64,000 nt of DNA, taken from the NCBI RefSeq assembly GCF_009914755.1, contig NC_060930.1, one strand, 5' to 3'. Position 1 is the first letter of the stretch. Every line of letters starts with the position of its first letter. The notes below the pieces were generated by a model. The model ran no database searches and was not told the origin of the DNA. It saw nothing but the letters and a program-made list of their open reading frames with translations. Origin of the DNA: the human T2T-CHM13v2.0 reference genome, Homo sapiens. The position numbers were made by a program, and so were the translations under genes. Shown here in pieces: positions 13,673 to 27,302 of the stretch.

Positions 13673-16600
13673 TAGGTAGAGAACACTTCAGCACTCCATG
13701 GTGCTATACCAGACTCTTTCTTGGCCTTGTTATATATTAATGGACATTTTCATGGAAATCCCAGGGTTGAAAACTCCCCAGAGTTGCTAATACCTGCTAC
13801 TGGTTCTCAAGTGGTTTGATATTATATACATAAGTGTGGAGCATTGCTGGACCCAGGTTTTAATAATCAGATTAATAGATACATTTGAAACATTGTCATA
13901 TTAGCTTTTAATACTACTGAATTTAAGTCTTCTGTGCACTTAGGTTTGCTGTAACGCATGGTTAACATATATAGGTTGGTATAAATTTTTCTGTTCCTGA
14001 TTCAGATAGGGTTTTTGTGTGTTTTGGGTTTTTTCTCCATAAGAGAAATTGTTCCCTTTGAAATTTTAATTAGTTTTGAAATTAAACTATAGTTGTGCAT
14101 ATGCATGGCAGCTATACCTCCTGATTGCTATGCTGAAGGTAGAAAGTATTCTCTTGTTGTATAGACATTGGTCATACTGTCAGGCAAGGGAAATGCCACT
14201 AATTTCTGTTTCTTGAATTGCATACCAGAAATAGGAATTCGTTGTCTGACTGTTAGATGCTCAGGGCAGATGGAAAAGTAAGAAAAACCAGGACTTCCCA
14301 GGAAGCAAGTGGCAGATCTGTGTGCTGACTGTTTCAGGGTGGGGATGGCACAGAGGGGGCTTGCAGGAGAGATGTGGCCGAGGGTGGAAGAGCTTGTCTT
14401 CGGTGCCTTGTGATAAGCGACCTGCAGCCTGTTGCAATGGCGACTGCATTTGAGATGGTGTGCTTGTAACATCCGCCGGGTAGGCGGAGCCTCAAGGACA
14501 CATGTTGAGAGGTTGGGGTGGTGGAGCCAGGAGGTGCAGTGAGCGAAGCATCCAGGCGTGGATTTGAACAGCTGCTGGCCGCCCGGAGATCAGCCTCCAT
14601 GCATCAGTCATAGGCACAGAGAACTCATCCGTGCGGCTGGAGGCTGAACATGGAGAAGGAGGGAAGGGAGCTGCTTTTTCAGTTAATACTCTTGATGCTT
14701 CCAGAGCAGTTTAAAGATACTGCGGAAATTTGTTGGGTGGTTCATTGTTTGTTTTAAAAGCTTTGCCCCCTTCACGTAATCCTATCTTTTATTTAATATA
14801 AATGCAATCAGTCTGCTTTAAACACTGACTAAAATTGCTTTTACTAGATATTGTATTATGTATAAGGGGGGAGCTGAGGCCCAAAGAGAAGAATTTGATC
14901 AATTGATTTAAGGTTGTTGGAGGATTGAAATGTTACTTGATTGCTGGTCTTATCCAGGATTTCAAGATTTCAAGGAAAAGTGGACAATGCCTGCTTTTAT
15001 CTAAGGGATTTCAGCAGTCATATGATCTACAAACCAGCCCCCAGGAGCAGCAGGCCCTGGCAACCTCTGTGCTATGGAGTCCACGCAGAACAGGGACTTC
15101 AAAGTGCTTGGGGTGTGCTGGCTTGGGAGTCATTTCGCTGAGAACTGGTTTTGGTCATGGCCTTAACATCTGCATAGATGTTGCACATTGCAGGCACATG
15201 ACACTTGAATGGGCTGAGATTTAGGTGCAAGTTGGTAGAGCTTAAAGGGGAGGTAACATTAGTGAGGCCAATGGGCAGCAGCCCCACTGCTGAGCACACA
15301 CTGCAGTTCCCTGCAGGGTCAGGGAGAAGGTGGCCTTGCCAGGTTGAGGCTAGGAGCAGAGATCATCTTGTTAAGTTCTCACAAATCAATTACTGACACG
15401 GGAACAGTGTGTAAAAGTCTGAAACCACAAATCTTTTTGGACATTTTGGCTGTATAAAGCATATCATTTATAAGCTCCCAGGAATTTACTTATAGTTTGA
15501 GTGTCTCTTGTGATGAACAGGACTATGGGGGAGAAATAAACCAAGCAAGTGAAATCACAGAAACTATGTGAAATCACTTTTAGATGGCTTTCGTTTTCAA
15601 AACGTTGGATATTCTCACTATATTTCCCTTGTAGGTACATACACAAGGACATTGATTTGAGGATGCATTATGAGTTTTAGAAAATCACCTTGCTAAATAA
15701 TAGGGAGTTCTGGGGCTTTATGGGAGAGTGATAGTAAGATGTGATGCTGAGTTTTTTAGCTGTGTGTATAAGTCCACTTGGTATCTAATTGCACATTATT
15801 CCTGTTGTTTCCAGTATCCTAAGGGAACCTCTCTCAGTGTTAGCTCCTTATGAAAAGTACAGAAATAATCCTGTTTTAGGGTGTACATGATGACTTTCTT
15901 GGTCTCTCTAATTTCTTATAAGTGGTGTATTACATGATTTTAAAAATAGACCTTCACTAATGTTAGATCTTTAGGTTTTCATTATTGTTAATTGACTTTT
16001 TTTATGTCTCCTGAAAGACAGAAATGAAGAAAATAATCCACTCACCAAAAAACCCAACAGTTGCTGAATAGCTATGAAACATATGAAAGAAATTCAGCCT
16101 TTAGCATTGGGGCCTTTTTATTATTCTCAAGTTTGATTTTACAGCTGAGCTATAAATGTGACCAAATGCATCACATGAGTGTTTACCTTTTTTTTCCTTT
16201 CCTTTTTGGCCACATGGAAGTACCTAAAGAGATGGAATGTGACACACCCAGAGAATGAGGCACTGGAGGGGCCTATGAACTTGAGAAGGCCAGGAGCAGC
16301 AGGGTCCCTTCATCTCAGTGCTTAGCTTTGCCAGTGCTAAGTGGGAAGCAGAAGTCACTGAGCTCCTTAGCAAGTGAGTTTTTAAAATGTGTGTGTGTAC
16401 ACAAAGGAGTTGTTCCAGTGCTCTCTGTAGAAAGTGCTAGAGAGAATTCTAGCAGGAAATTCCACCACCTTTGAGATTAGTTGTCAATCCCACTAAAAGA
16501 TAGCCCTCCAAAGAAGTGCTGCTTTGTTCTGCAGACCTGAAAGGTCCTATGCGATTCTCTTACATACTTCTTAGTTCCCTCTCCCCAATTCTTTTAATTT

Positions 16601-17017
16601 TGTGTATTTCATGAATTTTGTAGTCTTAAGTTGTTAATTGAGGTGTTCTGGATTGTAATGTGTTTTGGTGTGTGTGTGTGACAGTGAAGGAGGTATTAAT
16701 CTTTGTGAGAGGGTTTTTTTTTTTTTTTTTTTTTGAGGAAAATATTTTTAATGTTTCATTCCACAGTCTGGTAAGTTGTATACTGTTGACAGCTCATTAC
16801 CTACATGTTAAACTGCAAAATGTTCCTAGATTAGTAGAACTATTATTTTTTTTTAAAAAAAGTAGCTTTGTGGTTAAATTCTGATGCCCTTAAAGAGATC
16901 ACTTTCTCCTGTTTTGGCAAAACAAGTTATCAGTCCACACGTGATTACATAAATAAAATTGAAACCCTTTACTCTTGCTCCTCCCTACTCAATTAAAGTC
17001 AAGGGATTCCAGTAGTG

Positions 17018-17020
<3 letters not shown>

Positions 17021-17054
<34 letters not shown>
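17021..17054. repeat. (CA)17 microsatellite
   Basis: Perfect CA run. Confidence 0.95.
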
Positions 17055-17056
<2 letters not shown>

Positions 17057-17821
17057 TCCTCCAATGTATTTACTTTTCACATTTTTAATACATTTTAGCG
17101 GACTGAGCTTTCTAAATTATTAGCAACTAGTACATAATCATGTTGCAGTAAATAATTTTTTTAGTTAGTGAGAAACAGACCGAAAATAGGAGGTTAAAAA
17201 CAGTTCATCTGTTTTGGTGAATAGAAGTGAATGAGAGTAGGGTAGAAATTCTGGCTGATTTTATAAAATATCTCAGATCTGTTTGATAGGTTGGGCTTAA
17301 GACTGATGATGTGGGCATCCTCTTTATAATGAAGTCAGGCTAAGCGAAGCTATGTTGAAGTATCAAACAAAGCCTGAAATCCCAGTGGCTCAACCCATAA
17401 AGTGCCGTTGCTTGTTGGTGTAGAATCCTCTGCAGGTCTGGCAGCTCTCTAGTATAGCTCCCTTACAAGTGGTAACCCAGGGATCCAGGCTGCTCTTGTC
17501 TTATAGCTACTCTGTCATTACACATGCTTCCAGGTTGCCACCACAAGGAAAGAGCTAGTGGGTTACATACTGACTTTGAAAGGCTGCAGTCTGGAAGTGA
17601 TGGCTGGTACTTGTGCTCACAGCTCATTGGCCAGGACTAGTCATGTGACCTGCCTGACCACAAAGGTATACGGTTGCCAGGAAATATGGAAGAATATGTG
17701 GATATTCTTTGAGCAGTGAGCATCTTTGCTTTATTCTCCTTTTCCATTTCATCTCCATAAGGTTCTCTATGCACATAAACTAGATGAAGCTTAGGCCTGA
17801 AGCCTAGAACATAATGACACT

Positions 17822-17996
17822 TTGGTTCTCAAAGTGTGGTCCCCAGACAAGCAGCATTAGCATCACCTGGGAACTTGTTAGAAACACAGATTCCTAGGCC
17901 CCACTCCAGCCCTGCTGAATCAGAAATGTGGAGGTGGGGCCCAGAAATCTGTTATCATAAGCTCTCCAGGTGCATACTAAAGTTTGAAAATGACTG
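17822..17996. mobile_element. MER5A (hAT-Charlie non-autonomous DNA transposon)
   Basis: ggttctcaaagtgtggtccc...gcagcattagcatcacctgggaacttgttagaaa...gaatcagaaa...aaagtttgaaaatgactg is the typical MER5A pattern. Confidence 0.8.
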
Positions 17997-18139
17997 CCCA
18001 GTGGGAGTACAATGTTTGTAGCACCTGTTGAACTCATCACTGGGGACGTGAAGGACTAATAGACACTTGCTAATGTGAACGTACAGTATGTGTGCTCAGG
18101 TGTGAGCATGTATATGATAATAAAAAGCACTGAGGGATG

Positions 18140-18365
18140 GTATCATGTGTGCCAGACAGGTTTTAGCACTTTATAGATTTGACTAATCTATTTCTCAGAA
18201 CAGTCATATGATTTCAGTATTATTATTGTCTCCATCTCACAGATGAGGAAATTGCAGAACTGAGAGGTTCCCTAACTGTCTAAGGGTCAGGCCACTTACC
18301 ACTGCTGGCAAGTGGTAGAGGCAGGATTTGCGATGTGGTTCCAGAGCCTACTCCTTAACTACCAT
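18140..18365 (-). mobile_element. MIR
   Basis: tgtgtgccagac...tattattgtctccatctcacagatgaggaaattg...agagg core. Confidence 0.7.
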
Positions 18366-18833
18366 GCAATTCCGCTTGTTCATCTTTGGGTGGTTACCCA
18401 CCGGGCCTTAAGGTAGTCTTTTCATTTTTTCTTGAATGGAGACAGTCTGTCAGAGTTCGCAGGAAGTGTGGTGTGCTGGTGACAGTTCACATTCCAAGTT
18501 AAGCCCCCTTACCACGAGCTTCATTCGTTGGTGGTTTACGTGTGGGGGGTGCTGGTGACAGTGTTGGTCAATACTAGAGGGGCATGGCTAGGCAGCAGCT
18601 GCCCAGTCATTTAAAACTGAACAATAAATAGAACGGGGTTGTTAGGGGCGGAACGAAGGGGCCTAGTGGGAAGTGGTTTCTCAGAGGGAGATAGTTCAGT
18701 CGCACTAGAAGAATATTTTCTTCAGTTAACCTATGTGTAATTTTCAGGCTTATGAGAAGAAAGGCCCTGTTCTCATCACCCTCCCTTTTGATTCTTCTTT
18801 GGTCTTTTTCCATCATCCATCTGCCTGCCCTGA

Positions 18834-19220
<387 letters not shown>

Positions 19221-20759
19221 AGGACTTAAGTTTTAATAGAGAAAATGTGTTTTCCCTTCCAAGAAACCTGATAAAATAGTTTCCTCCCCTTGCACTTGGG
19301 AAATCCAGATAGAGTTAGATGTGATTTAATCTTTTGAATTTTGAACTGATTGAAAAGGATTTTCCAAGTGACATTAAGAACTTGCATCCTTTTAAATTTT
19401 TTAATTATTAACTGCATTTTCTTTCTTCCAGGTGGGTCTATTATTTGTTGTTGTTTAGGTGTCCTTTGCTGGCCCATGTATTCCCTTGGCTTCTTTGTCT
19501 TTTGTGTTCAGCAGACTAGAACTGAGACAGCTCCTTGGCAGCTCTGTCCTGGACAGTACCGGCTTTAACTCTAGGTAGAAGATAAAGATAGCATCACCCC
19601 TTTCGGGTTTCATGTTGGCTGGGAACAGCTGCTAAGCTTTGTATAACTCACAAAGTAACATTTCATTCCAGATTTGCTGAAATTTTTAGTTTTCTGCAAG
19701 CCAGGGCTTAACCACGGGGTTTTTTCTCATTCACACTTAAGAGTCTAGACTTTTCGTTTGAGAAGCAGTTGCTTGTCTTGGAGTTTAGTAATTGAAGGGA
19801 ACAGAGGTGGGAGAGGGAGGAAATTATTTGCATAAGTTGTTTTAAAGCTCCGTCCACTTCCTTTCCCTTCATCACTTTAAATGGTTTAATTTGCTTAGGT
19901 ACTTCAGCAGAGGTGTAGATAATTGAGGTAAATCTCGAGTCAAATCTAAACAAAAGAAAGAACTGACCTAAAAAAGAGCAACTGAACTCACACTAATTGA
20001 ATCACAGATTTGCTCAGACCAATCTAACCTGTGAGGAAGGCCAGGGAACACTGTGCCCTTGATGTGCTTTTTGCCTCTTAAGAGGGAACACCAGCCAGTC
20101 CCTTGTGGCTCTCCCAGCCACCTTCCGCACTGAGCCACATCTGGGTTAGAGCTGCAAAATTCACCCTGAAAAAAATGTGAAAGCCATTTTGGGTTGGACA
20201 TTTGTAAAACAAATTTTTTCTCCTTTTGGAGACCTGGTGCCCTTGGTATTTGTATATAGAATCCACTTGTTTATTCTTGAGGAGAGCAGCTATGTGTGTG
20301 AATTGGGCATCCGTTGGAAGAAACATAACAGGCTTGCCTGTAACAGCTGGAATATAGTTGCAGCCCTTTGAAATAAGACAATCTTAGTTTTCCTTCCTTC
20401 TCCTTAGCCAGCCATCTAGCGTAGGAAACAGGATGCTGTGTACGTACCCTGAGTAGGAGGAGAGGGTTCCAGAGTGCCACTTGGCTGCTCCTGTGTACCC
20501 ATTCTTGTTCAAGAGCACCTTGAGATCACATGGTCTTAAATGCCAAAGCTGACCAAGAGCTGCCCCTCTGTTCAGCTTCGTCGTCCCTGGCTGTTGGGGA
20601 GGACTTTGTCTGTCTGACTGCCGCTGGGCTGCCTTGCCCCAGCTCCCTGGGGTCCTTTGCTCCGTAATCCATCAGCTCTTCTTTTCTCTTCTTCTTACTC
20701 ATAGTATAAGACCCGACTGCCCATTTTTTGGAGATGACTAATTAATTAGTAAAATATTT

Positions 20760-21388
<629 letters not shown>

Positions 21389-23734
21389 TCCAACTTACGA
21401 GTTCTCTTGTGCTCCCTCTCCACTGTTCCTCTTTGCTCTTTCATCCCTCCTGACTCCAGAAGAGGGCTCTACCACTCGCTGCTAATGCCTTCACATTTGT
21501 CTGGATTCCTGCCTCCTGGGGACCTCATCCTTGCCAGCCCCTGTTGCTGTGCCTGTGCCCTACCAGGGGTGTTTTCATGTTCTCATCAGTGACCCTGCTT
21601 AGCCCTGAATATCATCAGCCGGCTCATGCCTGACTTCTCTGTGGAGGGATTCATCCCACGTGCATTCTTCAGGGTATGAATCCCACAGGACCAAGACCTT
21701 CTGGATCCCTTTCCATTTCTTCACATTCAAGAATCTCTGCAAAAGAATGTAGCCTAACCCCCCTAACAATCTAAAACTTCTTCCCAAGCACCATTTAGTG
21801 CCCCAGGACACTTGCCTGTGGCCAGAGCGACTCTCTTCCTTTCTGCCCTTTCCATTGTCTACCCCACCTGCCTCCCCTTTGAAAGTTGTTCAGGTTTAAC
21901 TTTCCCTCCCTATTCCCTTTGTTCCCGTTTGTAGGCAGGTCTCCCTCCCCTGCAATCCCATACCATGTTCAAACAGGTTTTCTTAAAACTCTTACATCAC
22001 TTTTCTCAGCCTACACCCCCTACTGCCCCAGACCCAACCCCAACTCTCCCACCTCCTGTAATTTGCCCACTCCACACACACCCTCTGTAATGAGGCCCCT
22101 GCCCTTCAGCAGGACCTGGCTCCTGGGCTTCTTGTGGTACTTCCTGGGTATCAGCTCCCTCCAGCCTCCACCTCCATACCCTTCCTCTTACACTACCCCA
22201 GTCCACTAATCTCTGCTTTTTCTAGACCTAAAATTAGAATTGTATAGACAGCACTTAATTCTCTTACCTTCCCAAGCTTTCTTTTACCTCTTACCAAGTG
22301 GTAAGCTTATGGAGTTCCCCACCCCAACCTAGTAGTGGATCAGGAGTTACTAATTGAAGTAGCTGACATACATTTTTATCATCAAGAAATATTTGAGGGC
22401 CTAAAGTAGAGTATTTCACCCCCAAATCATTTGAAGGTAGATTGTGGGTCCCATTTGTTTATTTTTTTCAGACTCTTTTTTTTTTAAACCTTGATAGCTT
22501 AAAGGCCAGGAAAAAACTGATTAGTTTTCATCTTCAAAGGACACAGGATAAAAGAAGGACTGAGCCAGCTCACCCCTACCCTCCAAACACCTTTAAATCA
22601 CAGTCACTTTTCCCACTCCCCTGGTTGTGACTTTTGAATTTTATAGTTGATATAATCCCTCCTTTTATAGCCGATTTATGCACTGCAATTTAAGTAAGCA
22701 GAAATGTTCAGTGCATAGGGGGACTCAGATTTAATGATTGTTGACTTAAATTTAAAAGGATCACTAAGGCCCCTGTACCTCTTACTTATTGCAAAACAAA
22801 CATTCTCCGTAAGACCACCCTCTATTCTGTGACCCCTTTGAGGTTCCTAGGAATTGATAGGTTGTGGGCCATGTTTACACCCACAGGAGGACTTCTTTAC
22901 AGAAAACCTCCCCAGCATCTTTGATGGCCTAGATGTGTTCACAGTCACACTGAGAAAGTTTTAACCTGATAGTCATCATTCAGAAACTAACTCGAATCCC
23001 AACATCATTCCTGGAATAACGGGACAGCCGCATAGATGGGGCTCACAAGGATGTCTCCCCTCTCGTTCCTTTCCAGAGGATGAGTTCTGTTTTAAAATTA
23101 TAACTGTTTATTACAGGCACTGGGCGGATTGCTTTAGGAATTGATTTAACGAATGTTCACTGGGTTATTGCCTTGTGTCAATAATGTTTTGAGTGAAATA
23201 TCAAAACGCTGATGAGATGGTTTATCTCATCTCATCTTTACAAGAAAAGGGAAGGTTAGAGGATTTGGTGTTGCCAGTGTTTTTACTTATTGTTGGTGGC
23301 CTGCCTGAAACTGATGGCAGTAGTAAGTAAGGAAAAAGCCTGCCAGTCTCCTTAACTCTCCAAAAGTAGGATTAAATCTGCTGAGGGTCAAACCACTGCC
23401 GTAGTTCTGTCCTTTCCTGGAAATCATAGATTCTTTTGAAAGGCTGATCAAATTTATGGACTATTTTCCTAAAGCTGAATACTGTCTGCATTTTACATGT
23501 GGTTTCAAGGGTATGACTCTTGCACTTGTCTACAGAACAAGGCTTATCAACCTAAGCATGTCATCTGTTCAGCTCAGCTGGCCCATAGTTGGCTTGCAGT
23601 ACCTGTTATAGATTGAGAGAAACAATGCCTACTGTGTGCCAGGCACTGAGCTACAGACTAAAGATACATAAATTGGGGGAGGGAGGGCAGGGTGCAATTA
23701 AGGACTGAAATTTGATCACTTTCTTTTTTGCATT

Positions 23735-23890
23735 TTTTTTTTTTAAATGAGACAGGTTTTCCCTCTGCCACCCAGGCTACTTGAGTTCAGTGGTACAATT
23801 ATAGCTCACTACCAAGCCCAGCAAATTAAAAAAAATTTTTAGACACAGGGGTCTTGCTATATTGCCCAAGCTGGTCTCAAACTCCTGGCG
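23735..23890 (-). mobile_element. Internally deleted Alu fragment (AluJ-like)
   Basis: Pieces of both arms joined together. Confidence 0.7.
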
Positions 23891-24129
23891 TCACGAATAG
23901 TTGGGTCTTTCTGGTATATTTTCAAAAATTATGTTAAGTTTTTTTAAAAAAAAATAGTGACATCAAATTATACTTAAAAAAGCACTGTATTCTCATGATA
24001 CATACGTTGTTTCAGATTGCCTTTTCTAGACTTTATCCATAAGTATAGCATAGAATCTTAAATGTGCCAGCTAGCTTTTTAAACTTGACCTAACTTTATA
24101 AACATTTTCCCATGTTTTCACACATTGAC

Positions 24130-24740
<611 letters not shown>

Positions 24741-26429
24741 CACATTGACCTTTATGTTTGAGGTGGGACCAGGTTCAAGCAGGTTTAGGGTAGATGGGGC
24801 AGGGTGGGGATGACTCACCTGGGAGAGGTCAGCCTGCTTATGACACGTCCCTCTATTGTTGGTTTCATGGATTATTTCCCTCTATGAACTGAAACTCTAG
24901 TCAACACTAGGCAAAGTAAGTTACTTTGAGATCCACTAACTCCCCTCCCAAGCCTGCAGGTAAAACCATCCCAGATCACCTTTATTCCTGCTTTAGGGTT
25001 TAAAAACCCCAGGAGGCAAACAAATTAAAGACTGCAGATGTTCTTAGGATGGTTAGACTTGACACAGAAGAGAAAGAGGTACAACTGTTCATAGAGTTCA
25101 GTTTGACAATTAACATGTATATTAGTATGGTTGCCTGTGTTTGTGTTATGTTTCACTGTGTTTCATCTTCCTGTGCCTGGGATCCCCCATGCCCTCCTTT
25201 CCTATCTCTCTCAAAACCAGCTGTTTTTCCCCATCTGCTGCATTTTGGTTATAGATATTTATTTGTAGGTTTGCTTTAAAACAAAACTCCTCTAAATCCT
25301 ACTTGATAACCATCCATGCTCTTTACTCTCTCCTGTCCTGGGAGCTCTCTTCCTAACTCCTGCCCTTCATTCTCGACGCCTGCCTGGCCTCCTTTTGGTT
25401 CCTTCTCTACAGCATTGCTTCCACCCACCAGCTGTAGTGCCCCTGTCCCTTAAGAGTATGGCAGTGCCTCCTAACTGGGTTATATACCTCTGATTGTCCA
25501 TTTTTAAATCTGCTACCAAGAGCTTTTTAAGCTGTGGATACGATTATTTCATCGTGGGCTTTAAAAATTGTGAGGAGGGGCCCTTCAGTGGGTTTCCAGA
25601 GCAACAGGATAAAGTTCATGGCTCTTAGATGGAACCTTGAGCCCAGCATCATTCTGCCAGCCGCATCTTTGCCATTTCCCCCACTGCACTCTCCCTCCTT
25701 TCTCAAAACACACTGGTGCACTCTGATAGCTCCCAGGGGTTTTGTTTTCATGGACAAGACACACAAAACTTTTGCAGTTAGACACAAGGTTGCCGTTTTT
25801 TTATTTTGCTAAGTAAGGGCATTAAAAAATGATCTCTACCATCTACTGTCTTTATCTCATTTTAAAAGATGGCAGTTTACCCTAAAAAAAAAAAAGAATG
25901 AATTCAGCATTGTGAGAAACTCAGCAAATCATCTGCTTTTTCTGCACACTGTGTTAACAGCTTTCTGCGTGTGGCTGGGAGGCGAATCTCTTCTTCAAGC
26001 TCAGGTTTGCTTTTGCTGTGCTGCCCTCGCCTTGCACTCAGTGGTGCTTACCTCTGGTGAGCCACTGCAGCTCTGGAAGTGTTTGGCTCATACTCCAGGT
26101 TCCCTGGAGTTGAAATTTCCCTCTCTGTGTTTCCTCTGACATAGGAAGCCAGGGCTCTCTGTCTTACAGCTCTTGGTGGTTCTGGCACCTGGAATGTTAG
26201 TAGCCTTAGATGTCTGAGGATGATCGTCATAATCTCCCAGGTTTTCGCACAGATCCCAAACCTTACCCTATGTGTAGGGTATACAAACAGTATAGAATAT
26301 TTTAAGCCACTAATTTTAACAACATGCTGAGAATACCCATTTTTCTCTGCCTACGGATTGGATACACTCTGAAAGCAGCAAGGATGGGCCTACAACTCCA
26401 GCTGCAGGAAACTGAGTAGACTGCTCCCC

Positions 26430-26620
26430 TTTATTTTATTTTATTTTATTTTTATTTTTTTATTTTTTCATTTTTTGAGAGAGGGTCTCACTCTGTTGCC
26501 TAGGCTAGAGTGCAGTGTCACGGTCAGTGCTCACTGTAGCCTCAACCTCCCTGGGCTCAGGCGATCCTCCCACCTCAGCTTCCTGAGTAGCTGGGACTAC
26601 AGGTACCCACCACCACACTT
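26430..26620 (-). mobile_element. AluJ right-arm fragment
   Basis: gagagggtctcactctgttgcctaggctagagtgcagt...gctcactgtagcctcaacctcc with a (TTTTA)n tail. Confidence 0.85.
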
Positions 26621-26995
26621 GCATATCTATCTTCCAAACTCTCATCCATTAAAAGTGAATCTTGACTAGTAGGGTAAGAGAAAGCCATCACCATAATTAG
26701 CAGTGTCTTTTGGAGGAAGCCTTGAAAGGACTATTCTTCCCTTGATGAGAGCAGAGCGTTAAAGTTTAACTACAAGGAATAAAGAGACAGTGAGTTTTTT
26801 CTCACATATTTACCGTGGCCAGGTAGCCATTTGTATAATCTGTTGAGCCTTTTTTTTACCCCTTAGGAAAATTCTGTTTGCAGATTGGGAGCACTCCAGG
26901 AAGTCACTGGCCTCTGAAATACTTCGTGGAAATGTGTTAGTTCCCATTCTAAATTGGTTTGGTGACTGAGGCTGTTCTTTGACTTCAGCGTTTTA

Positions 26996-27302
26996 TTTTA
27001 TTTTATTTATTTATTTATTGAGAAAGAGTCTTGCTCTGTTGCCCAGGCTGGAGTGCAATGGTGCTATCTTGGCTCACTGCAAGCTCTACCTCCTGGGTTC
27101 ACACCATTCTCCTGCCTCAGCCTCCTGAGTAGCTGGGACTACAGGCACCCGCCACCACGCCCGGCTAATTTTTTTTTGTATTTTTAGTAGAGATGGGGTT
27201 TCACCGTGTTAGCCAGGATGGTCTCGATCTCCTGACCTCATGATCTGCCCGCCTCGGCCTCCCAAAGTGCTGGGATTACAGGCGTGAGCCACCGCGCCTG
27301 GC
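26996..27302 (-). mobile_element. AluY-like element with 14-bp TSD
   Basis: Y-type diagnostics gcaagctc, ccattctcc, gtgttagccaggatggtctcgatctcc; TSD ACTTCAGCGTTTTA at 26982-26995 and 27303-27316. Confidence 0.92.

Noticed and set aside
17330-17720. Possible MLT/MaLR LTR remnant; also faint L2 and MER5 pieces near 25300-25570, 34480-34620, 46950-47110 and 49920-50100
   Set aside because: Too diverged to call or delimit by eye.
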